From Klebsormidium nitens (taxonomy: Eukaryota > Plantae > Klebsormidiophyceae): 64,000 nucleotides of DNA. The stretch spans positions 1 through 64,000 of the forward strand of contig DF237403.1 in NCBI GenBank assembly GCA_000708835.1. Direction: 5' to 3'. Under the pieces are notes generated by a model. The model had not been told where the DNA came from and ran no database searches. It worked only from the letters and a program-made list of their open reading frames with translations. This document shows positions 11,520 to 23,700 of this stretch, one piece after another. Position 1 is the stretch's first letter, and the number at the start of each line of letters is the position of its first letter. The position numbers were made by a program, and so were the translations under genes.

Positions 11520-14500
11520 ATGAGCACTAGATGTACGGTTGTTTCCAACCGGCCAATCGGTGCAGGCCTCTGCTTGGAAAGGATTTTTGCAAAGAAGACT
11601 GAGCCGCTCTTGCCCAACTCAAGTCCAGCAATCCCGAATGAAAGCCGGAGAGGTGGTAAAAGGTTCCTCCGGCGCCCCTTTGCCGTGTGCGCATGGTGTC
11701 AACTTTCCCCCTCAGTTTCTGGAGACTGTCAAAGCAGGAAGACCACATGCCAAGTTGCAAGCTTGACACCAGCTTTTCAATCTGGACTGCATAAGCTATC
11801 CGTTCACAAGAGCACAAGACGTCCGGCATCAGTGGCTTCCGTTGCTCCCACAGAGGGTAAAGAAAACGTGGATAATGTCAAAGTCGAAGCATACCTGGAG
11901 CGGATAGCTTATCAGGGACCGCCACCTTATATGGTGGAAGGAGAGGAAGGAGAAGCGCTGGAGGCTTTGCGGAGCCTGCATTGGGCTCACCTTCTGGCGG
12001 TACCTTTTGAGAACCTGAGGTAAGTGACTGGTAATTGCAGCATAATCACAGCGGCCGAATGTTGTTACCCTGCTGTTTGTGCTCGCACTTCACGGATGCA
12101 TTGTAGGGTGACTGTGGCCGATACAAAGAACTTTTCAAGACAGGAGTAGGCGGCTATACTTGGATACATGATTGGCAAGGAGCGTTGCAAGCGCGACATG
12201 GCATTTGGTAAAATCAATCCACTGAAAATGACCGCAGGTGGCCCCATCTTCCATGAAGGCTATGCTGAACTCGGCTGTGCCTGCTTAAGTCAACCTTGAA
12301 GAAGTCCTGTATTGAAATGTTGCAATTTGCATGATTTTTCTGATTTTTCACACCTGATCTTTGTTGAATGATCTATCTATAAGCGCTCCGTACGCTTTTG
12401 GACTGGCCCAATTTGAGCTCTGACAGATGCAGGAAAGGTGCTGGAGGGAGAGAACTTTTCAAGTCTTGACTTCAATCGGCCAAGGTCTGCAGTTTGGGTC
12501 TGGTTGAGTGGACGGTCACTAAAAGATGAATTGACTTGCGTGCAGTGTTCACAACGGGGAGACAATCCAGCTAGACTACGATAAGCTGTACGACAAGATA
12601 GTGAGGCGGAGGAGGGGCGGGTTTTGCTATGAGGTAAGACTTGTCTACGTGTTCTTATCCAGAATTGACTAGACAAGTAGGAAAAGAAGATGGAGAAACA
12701 TACGACTTCTGCGAAGCTTGGTTTGTTGGGGTCAGGGCCAGAGAGTCGAGCCATGTTAGGCAGGTTCATTGGACTTCCCTCCTCTCAGAAAAGTGACCAG
12801 TGGCATGCCTGCTGAATCACATATGGGGGCACCCAAGAGGGTGCAGACTTATAATCTGCTGCGCCATCCACTGCTCTTCTCATAGGAGAGACGTGGGATA
12901 GTGAGCTCGGAGGGGATTACAAGGGACGTAATTCTTGCCAATTGGTTGGTTGTTGGTTTTCCTATGAAGGATGGCTGCACTGCATGGTAAAGAGCTCTAG
13001 GACAAACATATGTGTAGGCGGAAGAAGTTTGAGGATATCATGTATGTGAAAATGACAACCACTGCTTTGTCTAAGCGAGACATTCTAAAATACGGACAAT
13101 CTGTTTCGAAGAAGTCGCAGACTGATCAACTCCGTAACCAATCGCTGCTCCTGTGTTGCAGAACAACGGCTGCTTTGCCTGGCTGTTGCGACAACTGGGC
13201 TACCAGGTCTCCCTCATGTCGGCCAGCGTTTTCCAGCAGGGAGCGCAGGGGGGCCGCTTCGGCCCCGAATATGACCATGTAAGAAACTTGGTCTAGATTT
13301 GGGTTTGGGTTCGGATTTGGGTTTGTATGGGGTCCTTGGTTCCGGTTTGAGTTCGGGTTTGGATGGGTCCTGGTTGGGTTCGAGACTGCCTCCTTTCGGA
13401 CACGACCATAAAGCTGGACATCTGCCTACTCTGCAATCTGCAAAGCGTTGGTGTGGCAAATTTATTCTTGCTTGTGAAATCTAAGAGGGAAAAGATATAG
13501 AGTCGGAAGACTTTCAGGGCACTTGAAAGCGAGTCTATGACTGTCCGGTCTTACAGGTGGCACGTCCTAGTTCTTCTTGAGTATCCTAAGGAAACCAAAG
13601 CCATAGAAGAGTGTTTGCAGAAACTGGTGGACTCGTCGTACGAAAGACGAAAGTTCTCTTCCTTTGTTCCGTTATGAAGCTTCGGTTGCCCTCCGTTCTG
13701 GTCTCCTGAGTCCCATATGTTTGAAAATTGAGATTCTTTGTGCTCACTCAGGCTGAGTGCACACCGCATCAACTGAGACAGCCGCGAAATATCAGTTATG
13801 AACGTTTTCAGATTTCTCCGGCCTCTGTTTGAGAACTCAAACGCAGCACTCAACGTTTACGTCGTGGACTACCGGCCCCAGAGCACGTCTTGCGGCGACT
13901 CTGAACCACTAACTTATCAACATGTGTTGCTTGCAGCTCGTCTTGATGGTCCACATTGGGAAGAAACGGTGGCTTGCGGACGTCGGCTTTGGCAGTAGCT
14001 ACCCCGACCTCCTCGACTTCGACACTCGGGACGAACAGGTAAGGTTCATATCTTTTCCAATATCCCCCCCTTCTCTTCTTCTTCTATGCTACTTTGAAGA
14101 TTGCGTCCGTCCACAACTTGCCCATCAAACGTCCACAACTGCTTTCAACCTTCTAAGGCTTTTCATAGACCAGTTCAGTCCGGATGTTGATTGTCAGATT
14201 ACCGCCTTTCCCGTCTAGAAACATCAACATGTTGCTGGTGCTTCTTTAGAAGCCGCCTTTTGTCAATCGACCCTACTGTCAATCCTCCGAGGGCCGCTGA
14301 CGTCTTGCCGATTCAACATATCTCCAAAACGCTGACGTCATGCTACGTCCACCCCCGCAGGTCCAAGTAACGGGCCGGCACCGCGTGCTGCCGGACATTT
14401 TGCTGCGCGGTTCGGGGGTGTACGTGTACTGGCAGTGGATGCCCCCCCCTGGGAGCAGCGTCCAGGCGCCCGGGGAGTGGCAACCGAGGCACCGGTTCTG

Positions 14501-16744
14501 CATACGGCCGAAGCAGCTGGAGGACTTTCGCCAGGTGGGGCATGTTCGGCTCCTTTCTTCCGTTGTTTGCGAACATATTTATCACTCTTGGGACTGATGA
14601 ACTTTCCAGCCCGTCCTTTCTTTGGACAAATGGTGCTGTGCCGGAGCCTAGGCACCGGTTGTGCATACGGCCGAAGCAGCTGGAAGAATTCCGCCAGGTG
14701 GGGGCCTGCCGGTTCTTTGTTTCTTTCTTTTGCTTATGTAGTTTTGGGACTGAGTATTTCCCAGCATACTCCTTTCTTTCTCTGGACAGCTAGTGCTGTG
14801 CAAGGTCTTCGTATCCAATTCTGCATACAGCGGAAGCGACCGGAGGACTTTCGTCAGGTGGGGGCATCTTTGGTTTCGTCGTCGTTTGCTTTGTGTGTCT
14901 GAGGTTTCTTGGACTGGTTTCTCCGCAAGCTGATAGTCTCCTTTTTCGGGACGGTTTATGCTCTGTGAATGGCAGGGCGCCTTTCTTGCCTTTTGGGGCG
15001 TTTCTGGAAGGTAGCTGCTTTTTAGCCAGTGATTCGTCAAAAAAGAAGACGGAGGTATCTCCTTTTTAGGGCCATCAAAATACTGGCTTCAATCTTCGTT
15101 TGGCTGACAAAAGGGTTATTGCAGATTGAGGACGCGTCTTCGTTCTTTGAACGTACCGTTTTGTTTGCGTCAAAAATCCAAGTAGCCACGTACTGATTTG
15201 GGAGCTTCAGAGAAAGAAGCTGTCCGCAAATCCGCTTTCACGGGATTACGCTTTCTCCAGAATCTGCCAATTGGTCGCCGTTCGGAACCACGAGCAAGAC
15301 GGAACAGAAGGAGGAGAATACAGAGAGCTACACGACGCGAATAGAGGACGTTGTCGAACCTCACACTGAGCAACCCATTCCGTTGCGTTCGAGAGATCGA
15401 ACGAAGTGCTCTTACTTCTCGTCAAATTTGCACGGAAGGGCGTTGTCGAGCTCCGCACTGCAATTCTACCTCCGCCGTTTCGGTTATGACGTCGATCGCA
15501 GTGCTTTGGTCCCTTGCCAGATGTGCACGCCCCTCAGACTAGCTCTGAGTCCTTCTGCCGGAAGGGGCCGCATGATGTTGCGAGCACTTCCGCCGTTCCG
15601 GTCGAGAAATTGAATGGAACGTTTCTTTATTGCCACATGTGCATTTTCCACCAGAGTAGCCCCAAGTCCTTCTTTTCGGAGGGCCTCATCGTGGCACGAT
15701 GAGTTCCGCCGTTCCGATCGAGAGATTGAACGGAACGTTTCTTCCTTGTCCAGATGTGCACGTTCCACCAGAGTAGCCCTGAGTCCTTCTTCCGCAAGGG
15801 CCTTCTCGTGTCGCGGTTACGGGGGCCCGAGGAGGGGGGTGGCACGATTACACTGACCGACAGCAAACTCATTGTATATACCGCAGACACGGACGAACGC
15901 ACGGTGAGCTTTCTATCCCCTTGATCTTTCGTTCTTGTGAAAGCATTCCCTTATCAAGAACAACGCACGAAGACGGCAAACTGGTTGTAGATACCGCAGA
16001 CACGGACGAATTGCATGGTGAGCGTCAGATCGCCTGTGATTCTGGGGTCTGGGTTCGGTTTGCAAGGGTTTTCGTACAACGTAGAGGAATGCGCAGTGAC
16101 AGGAAGTGATACATCATATCGCATAGACGGACGAAGGCACGGTGAAATTGTGTATCGCCTGAGCTTCTGGGCGCTAAAGACAAGTAACATTGAGAGCCCC
16201 TGTGGGCTCTGCAAGGCCAAAGGATTGGGCGGTGAAGGTCGTCCAGTGCTTCGAAGGGGGCTCGAACCGTGCAACTATCCAGCATTTGCAAATTGCTTTC
16301 CGTAGGGATGAGCTGTTTGCAAGATTCCAGGTTGGAGTATATCGTAGCAGCTTTGCTTCGTGAGTACGCGCAAGCAATAATATTCCTTTGTCTGAATATG
16401 TTTCAGAGCAACATCCGCAGGCCCTAAGCACAAGGTCCTTGGTTAGAGTTTGTCGTAGGAGACGAATCTAGATATTGGGTCAACATTAGTATTATATTGC
16501 CGTGGATAATCTGGACATCATACCAAGATGGGCTGTTTAAAGCCAGGAAGGTGCCAATTTCATAAAGAACTGTTGGGATGCGGACAGACAGCCGACTCAT
16601 AGCCCTTCATTTTGTGCTTTGCTTTCATAAAAGGAGGGTTCACAATGCATCGACTTGTGTTGCATGCAGGAAGAGTTGATAGACAGCCAGGAGCGCTTCA
16701 ACGACGAGCTGCAAAAACACTTTGGTATTAGCGAACCTGGCTGA
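11520..16744 (+). CDS. NAT: Arylamine N-acetyltransferase family protein with a ~115-aa N-terminal extension, about 401 aa, 7 exons
   Basis: Exons 11520-12019, 12546-12633, 13162-13278, 13937-14038, 14361-14534, 15754-15903, 16670-16744. Motifs EAYLERIAY, HLLAVPFENL, KIVRRRRGGFCYE (catalytic Cys), FGPEYDH (His), WLADVGFG (Asp), FHQSSPESFF, C-terminal LQKHFGI. Confidence 0.92.
13290..13385. repeat. Degenerate hexamer microsatellite (GGGTTT/GGGTTC/GGATTT) in NAT intron 3
   Basis: Read directly: GGGTTT GGGTTC GGATTT GGGTTT ... GAGTTC GGGTTT; about 15 degenerate units. Confidence 0.7.
14485..14930 (+). repeat. Three ~165-bp tandem units, each holding the 3' end of NAT exon 5, its donor and intron sequence
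   Basis: CAG|GTGGGG donors at 14535 (used), 14698 and 14868, each preceded by a TGCATAC.GC.GAAGC..C.GGA.GA.TT.CG.CAG-like sequence. Confidence 0.9.
15440..15810 (+). repeat. Three ~117-bp tandem units spanning the NAT exon 6 acceptor
   Basis: ATGTGCA...AG(T/C)CCTTCT copies begin at 15521, 15637 (acceptor CAG mutated to CAC) and 15754 (used). Confidence 0.9.
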
Positions 16745-17760
16745 CTGGAGAAAATCCGTTCTTCACGAGTTTCGACATCGTACAATAATCTGCGTTTAAA
16801 AGAGATCAGCCCAGCTGGTACCGACCGGATTAGGCCTGCCAATACAGCTCCTAGCGGACCAGCCAATGCACAAGCTTGCAAGATGAGCGTATCAAGCCCT
16901 AGAAGGAGCATCTATGGTGACATTCTTTAGAACTCTAGAATTGCGTTTGCCGTGAGAACTGGACTTGTAATGGGATCCATCTACCGCCGCGGCCGGGGAT
17001 GGTAAGAACCTCAAGAGAACTTTGAGTCTGATCGACGCACCAAGATCACGAACTCGTTCACCTATGGGACGAGATTCCCCGCTGGCACAAGGTCGACCGG
17101 CTTAGTAGATGTTTTAGTTACGTGGCCTTGCTGGATATCTGGTCGTCCGAATAGGCAATCATCGCCTCGGAGTATATTAAGTTGCGCATGTCTTGTTGAA
17201 GTACATGTGCATGCGCAACTTTGACTGCACATATATTTCGCCACGCGCATGAAAAGGCTGCCTGCTTCCGGCCACCTTATTTCATTCGCTCGCGTGCTGC
17301 CTTGCATATATGCGCCACTGGATCTCGCACGAGCTTTAAGATCCGTGCATACATGTATATACCAGAATATAATTGAATCGTGATGTATAATTTCATTCGT
17401 CACACCAGACGGAGTCCTTTGTACATGACTCCCGAGCTGGTACACTATGAGCGGCCGTCGGTTTAGCCAGCCCCATGAGTGACGGGTTATGCAGTGGTCC
17501 GGCCGTGCGCGCCTGCAGACTGGCACGTGCTGGCAAACGGTTGCATGATTGACGTACCTACATTTTACAGTGATCGGACTCGCGCGTATCACACCGTATG
17601 CAGTGTTGTCCGCACCAGAGGTGGTTCCATGTTTAAATCCACAATCGAAAGGCACCTCCAATACATACTTTCAAAGCGACAAACTTGAATGTGCAGCCTT
17701 TGTACATACCTAAACAGACCCAACGATATCAAGACACCAACTAAAAAGGGCAAGTTGAAC

Positions 17761-20700
17761 TTATTTCGTTTTCTTATTCCCTTTGCTGGACGCCACTAGA
17801 GGCACTTCCTCTTTTGCCTCGGCCACCTTGCCTGCGGCTGTCCTTGTTACACTTGTCGCCTCGACGTTGGAATCCTTTGCTACTACAACTTCGCCTTCCG
17901 GCAGTGCCGGCGTAACAGGTGCTCCAACGAGTTCGGCTGGAGGCTGGCCTAGCGCTTCTTCCCCCCCGAACCCGAACTCGTTGACCCGCTTCTTGTCCAC
18001 TGGGTAAATGTACAGCTGGTAGAGGAAGATCAGGAACACCAGGTCTGCAAAAGCACAAGCCACGAACGTCATTGAGAGAAGCATGGTGACACGGATGGTG
18101 CTTGCAGAAGCACCGGCAATGACCTTTCAAATCGTAGCATACTAATAGCCCCACCAGAAGAGACTAACTCTGCGTGCTCTCACAAACAGAAGCGCACGTC
18201 GGCCTCGAAATGAGAAGACGGTAAGTCGGAGACTACCGAACTCAGATTCTAGAATAAGGAAGCCTAGATTCCGAGCCCTTTGAATTGCTGATCCTCTTGC
18301 ATATATATGTATTCAGAATTTCCCGGACTTGTGTTCCAAGATCCAACGCGTAGCGGGCCCCAAGTTTATGAAGCAGGCGTAGTGCACACTCTCGGGCTCG
18401 TGGGACAATCAGAAGTCGCAGCGCCAATTAGCAACGCATCAATGCAAGTTTGACAAGATTCAAATTCAAAGCGGATTCGAGCCCAGGTTGCCAAACGCAA
18501 TACCTTCGATAGAAAGAACGTATGGGTTGCCTTCAAGGGTTTCAAGATAACCTGAAAGTTGAGGGACTGACCGTCACGGAAGACGCTCAGGCGGTGCAGG
18601 AGCGGCATCTTGATGACAAAGGCAAAGAGGTCGTCAATGATGGTGTTCAGGAACTTGTACGTCATTTGCCGCCACGGCAGGTGCGCCACCGACTTGAGCT
18701 TGTAGTTGATGAACAGCTGCGGGGTCATCATGATGAAACCTGCACGCACAGTAGGGCAAATCCGTCATACCTTCTCTTTGCGTGAGGAAAAGTAGGCGCC
18801 ATCTAGCCCCGGCATGGTTCCCACATGCTAAAAAGTGTAAGGCCAGATCTGAGAGAACGGAATAGTACGGTGACCAGGGCAGGCCAGCATGCTCTGTAAA
18901 AGCTTTCCAAACCGACGCTCATCCGTCTTTCTGGCGCGAGCCTGTGTGAATAGCTCCGTGTCCCTGATATCCTGGCAGATAAACTAGTCAAGTATCCAGA
19001 ACAGAAGAACAAACTCAAAAGGTCACACGGTCTTGTCGCCCCAACGCGGGGCTTTGACCAGTAACCCCGCCCCCTTTCAACTGTCAATGAACGTTTGTAT
19101 CAACCGCAAGCAGCGACACATATGAGCTTCCGGCAACATGCAAGCCATAGTGAGTCATTGGTTCTTTACCAAAGGTGCAGACGCAACCAGTGACGACCCA
19201 TGCAAGTCTGGACAATTCATAAATAATCTGTCAGCCGCAAGCGCGACATGTGTTTAACTTTCAACCGGACTTCACACGCGCACAAAACTCACCAAAGGTG
19301 TAGACGCAGCCCGTGAGCGAGGTGACGACCCAGGAGTACCAGCTCTTGTGCGTCTGGTAGAAGAGCGACCAGACGGCGTAGCCGCCCACGAGCGGGAAGA
19401 GCGAGTACGACAGGTAGCGCGTCGCCTGCTCGTCGTATTCTTTGGTCTTATTCCCCTCGTACGACTGCTTGTCCTTAAACACCAGGATCGGGAACGAGCC
19501 CCACCGACCGACCTGCACAGCGGGAATGAGTATGCTTGCTTCTCAGCACAGCTGAATGGAGATTCTGAACGCGAGATTTACCCGGCTCGTTGTTTTGTTC
19601 GGTTTTGTTGTGCTCGTATGACCGGCTTGTCCTTGAACACCAGGATCGGGAAGGAGCCCCACCGACCGACCTGCACCGCCGAACGGGGAATGAAAATCAT
19701 GTACGTGGCTACTTGAGGGGTCTAGGATCCGCCCCTAAGCAGCTCGCCCTGCTGATTGATTTTGTTTTGCCCGTTCGACTTCTTATCCTTGAACACAAGG
19801 ATCGGAAGAGAGCGCCACCAACCGATGTGCACCGCCGAGCGCGGCGTGGGTAATGGCAGGCGGCTTGCAGAGTTTTGCACAAATTAAAGTGCTACCGTCG
19901 AATCACAGCCCAGCTTTCCGAATTGCAGGGTGCGTCCTGGGATCTGAAGATTTTGGCAAGACTGGTCCTGATACCTTGGTCTTCCAACAACCCGCAACAA
20001 AGCCACCACAAACAAGACATCTGGAGCATTCGTGGAATGATATCAAAACCTTGAACGGCAGTGCCGAGATTTGACCGTCCCATCCCAGAGTGATCCTGTG
20101 GTCCACCTAACAGCAAATGTTTGCTTCTGACCTGCTCCGCATTCACCGAGCTCACCCAAGTCGTCCCCTGCGCCTACTGAAGACACTCAGCTTCGAAATC
20201 ACCCCAAAAAAATCAGAGTAGTTTACAGGGTTCTCGCATTGGGGAAGTGACTCACCGAGATGTCCATGGCCTTGCCGATCCCCCGAACAAGCAACTGTGT
20301 ACCACAGAGCGGTTTCAAAAGTATCCGGAATACTAACTAAACTCATTCACAATGTTCGTCAGTGTCTCGGTGACTTTCTGAGTATCTCGGTAAACCTGTC
20401 ACAAACTCACCGAGATGTCCATGGCCTTGCCGATCTTCCAGAACTCGATGACACAGCCGACGGCGGCGCTGATGATGATCATCCAGCTCGTCTCGTTGTC
20501 CAGCAGGTACATCAGCACGATCACTTGGGACACGAAGGAGATGATCACCGTGCGCGCCGACAGGCCCATCATCGACTTGTTGTTGCGCCAAAACTGGATA
20601 TCTGCGGAAACAAGGCAGCCGGGTATATGGTCAGGAACGGGTCACTGGGGGGCGCATACAGCTCAGTTTTGATGGCCGAAATGCCCATCATCGACTTGTT

Positions 20701-23700
20701 GTTGCGTCAAAAGTGGATACCTGCGGAAACAAGGCAGCCGGGTGTGGGGTCAAAAAGTGTCCCTCAGGGGGCGCAGAGCGCGTTTCTGTGGTGGTAAGGA
20801 GTTTGTGAGCAGTTCGATGCTTTGCTTTTGCGGGAAAGGTGGTGGTTGACGAGGATTCGTAAAGGGGCCAGTTTTTTGTAACCAGAAAACAGTGGACCAC
20901 CCGTTTCAGAAGAGCTCGTGCGAGCTGAACTCGGTACGAGCTACCGAGCGGGCCTTCCGTGCCCGGATTGGATAACCTTTCACCCCTCAAATTGGCTGCT
21001 TAGTTCGACTCAAGAAGAGTCTCACCACACACGCATACTTCCGCCAACAAGCAGACCGTCGTGGAAGAGGATGCAAAATCTTCGAGGTAATGGCAATATC
21101 GAGCATGATGATATGGAACACCAAGGCAGGGCAACCCCTTCAAACGCGTCGCGCTGGGCATATGGTACAGTGGCGAGGTGCCCCGCATTTGGCGTATGGT
21201 ATGGTAGCGAGGTGCACCGCATCTGCTGCTCACCAATCTTCAAGGCGAAATAGTTCAGACGACAAACTTGTTGCGGGTCAACTTGATCACGCTGGTCAAA
21301 TCCACCGTTTACGTCGCTTGGGGGGCGTTAGTACATCGCGCTTAGTCCCACAGCAACGGGAGTTTATCCGCTGCAATTGTCCTTACGGACGGCAAGAGAC
21401 CCTGCAAAAAGCGATTGTGCGCTGCTGCTTACCGTTTTTGAAGGCGAGAAAGTCGAACACGGTGTGGAACATGGAGACCACCATGGTCAGGCCCAGCAGC
21501 CACGGGTTGCCCTCGATGAACACTCTCTGCACAGCACAAGCGAGTACACTGATTAGAAACTTCGAAGTCGAATCATGCATTCCTCCACCGCACCCTCGCT
21601 GGGTTTCTGAGGACTGGGCGTTGCTGCCAAATCGAAATAGCAGGTGTTGTCTGGTAGCAAACCTTCAGAAGCTTTGCCAACAAATCTGATCGCTTGGCCG
21701 TTTTACTTGACACAGATGCTAGCCACGTCCGATCCCCCCTGCTGGCCACGGAGAGCTCGTGTTTTTTCCAGCAATCGGTCAGGCGGCCAGGTGCGACAAC
21801 TGGTGGTACTGACTGACGAGAGAACAAATGACAGGCAACCGCTGAATGTCAGTAATGAAAAAGGTGCGGCTGACCTTGATCTCGTCGGCTTCCCCGTCGC
21901 CCATGCTCCCCATGCTGGCCTGCATCTTGAAGCTCTGGTCCATCTGGACGTACACATTCCACCACCAGGCGCTCAGCGGCGCCAGGAACAAGTCCAGCTC
22001 CAAAGTGGTCGTCGTATCGTTGATGGGCTGCAGATAGTCCTTGAGGAGCCAGAAGTCGTTGATGAAGACGGTCGGGAAGAAGTTGCCGCTCTCGGGCTCG
22101 AAGTCGAGGAGGCCTGTCAGGTGCGCGGGAACGCCGCCCTTGGGGTATCTGCACAAAACGGGATTACGGCTTAACCATGTCTGTTTGTCAGCACTAACAG
22201 AAAGGTCTGAGAGAGAGTTGCCGCTCTCGTTCTCGAAGTCGAGAAGGCCCATAAGATGCGCGGGATCGCCGCCCTCAGGGTACCTGCATTTGTGAGGAAG
22301 TGCTTCTTAAGCAAGCTTGGTTAGGGGCAGGTCAGGGGCACTAGCCCATCAAAAATTCGCAACTCTCTTATTAAAAGGTAGGTACTCCAAATATTCTTTG
22401 ATTTTTCTGAGCCATGCTTGGCTGGGAGCAATGACCCCTGCCAGATATAAGGGGCCAATCACTGCCAGGCCTTATACACTTCGAAGCTCATGAACACCTT
22501 TTCCGACATTCTGCAAACAAGCGCTTTTGTCTCCACAAGGCCACTCACGCGTTGTGATCCTCCACGAGGTTAATTGTCACGTTGGGCCGCCAGAACGACA
22601 CCCACGGCCGCGCCGGCTCGTCCGCCGTCCCCTCTGCCTTCTTCTTCGTCGCCTCCGAGCCAGTGTTCCAGACCACGCTGTCCTCTTCTTCCGCCTCGTC
22701 GTCTGATTCCTCCTGCGCCGGTGTTACCTCGGCTGAGGCTGCCTCCTGCTTCGCTTTAGCAGCCTCGTCGCGGTCCAGCTGCGCTAACTCTGCGTCGCTG
22801 TTCATGGACTTGCCGAGCAGGTTCACGCGGCGATCCACCTTGGGCTTGATGCCGTACTTGTTGAGCCCTGCGATTGTCGACGTCTGTCTCAAGCCAAACC
22901 CTTTTCTAGTTCCATCAAGTCGAAGTAGTTCGTACAACTCTAGTCTGATGTGTTTTGAGAATCACTGCAGACTCCTATTGCAGCCATAGAACAGGAGAAG
23001 AAAATGCTCATGAATCTGTACAGGAAGTCTGAAGCATGTAAATCAGAGCTCCAAACAAGGACTGCTGGACCGACATCAAAAGGGCATGATTGAATCCGAA
23101 CACGAACATCAACCCGACAGCTTTGACCACCTCAAGTCAAGTCTGTTGATTGATGCAGGAATACAACCTTGTTCAGAATAGTCTCCTCCATGAATGCACT
23201 TACGGAAGGTTTTGCTGAATGCTGAGCCTCTTTCAAAGCTCGCATCCTCAGGGTTTGGTGAGTAGCCGGATCGAGCGAAGAATGCGTGGCCCCACAGTGA
23301 GCCGTTGTTCATCACAGCCTACACGAAGATAGTAGTTTGTTTCAAAATCAAAAGAAACTCCGTAAGCTCAGAGCCCATTTACCAACTGGAGCCCCAAAAG
23401 GGGTAGCCTCAGAACAGGCCACCAGTGAAGCAACACAAAGCACATCACGCACCAGTAGTCTCTCACTTGTGAGCGCAACCAAAAGCAGGCACTTTGGATT
23501 CCACCAGGCCTTCAAGTGCATGTTCACATCACAGAAGGAGATGTGCTCAGATCCGCCAGCAATTCATAGAGAACGAGTAAAAGATTTGGTGGCTTGCCTC
23601 GCTGGGGTGGTACGTCCAGTGCAGTTGCCTGCTGGCGGCTGTGTCTTGCGTGCTGTATGGCACGTCTTTCTCATGCCAGATCAAACTGCTGGCATCGTTA

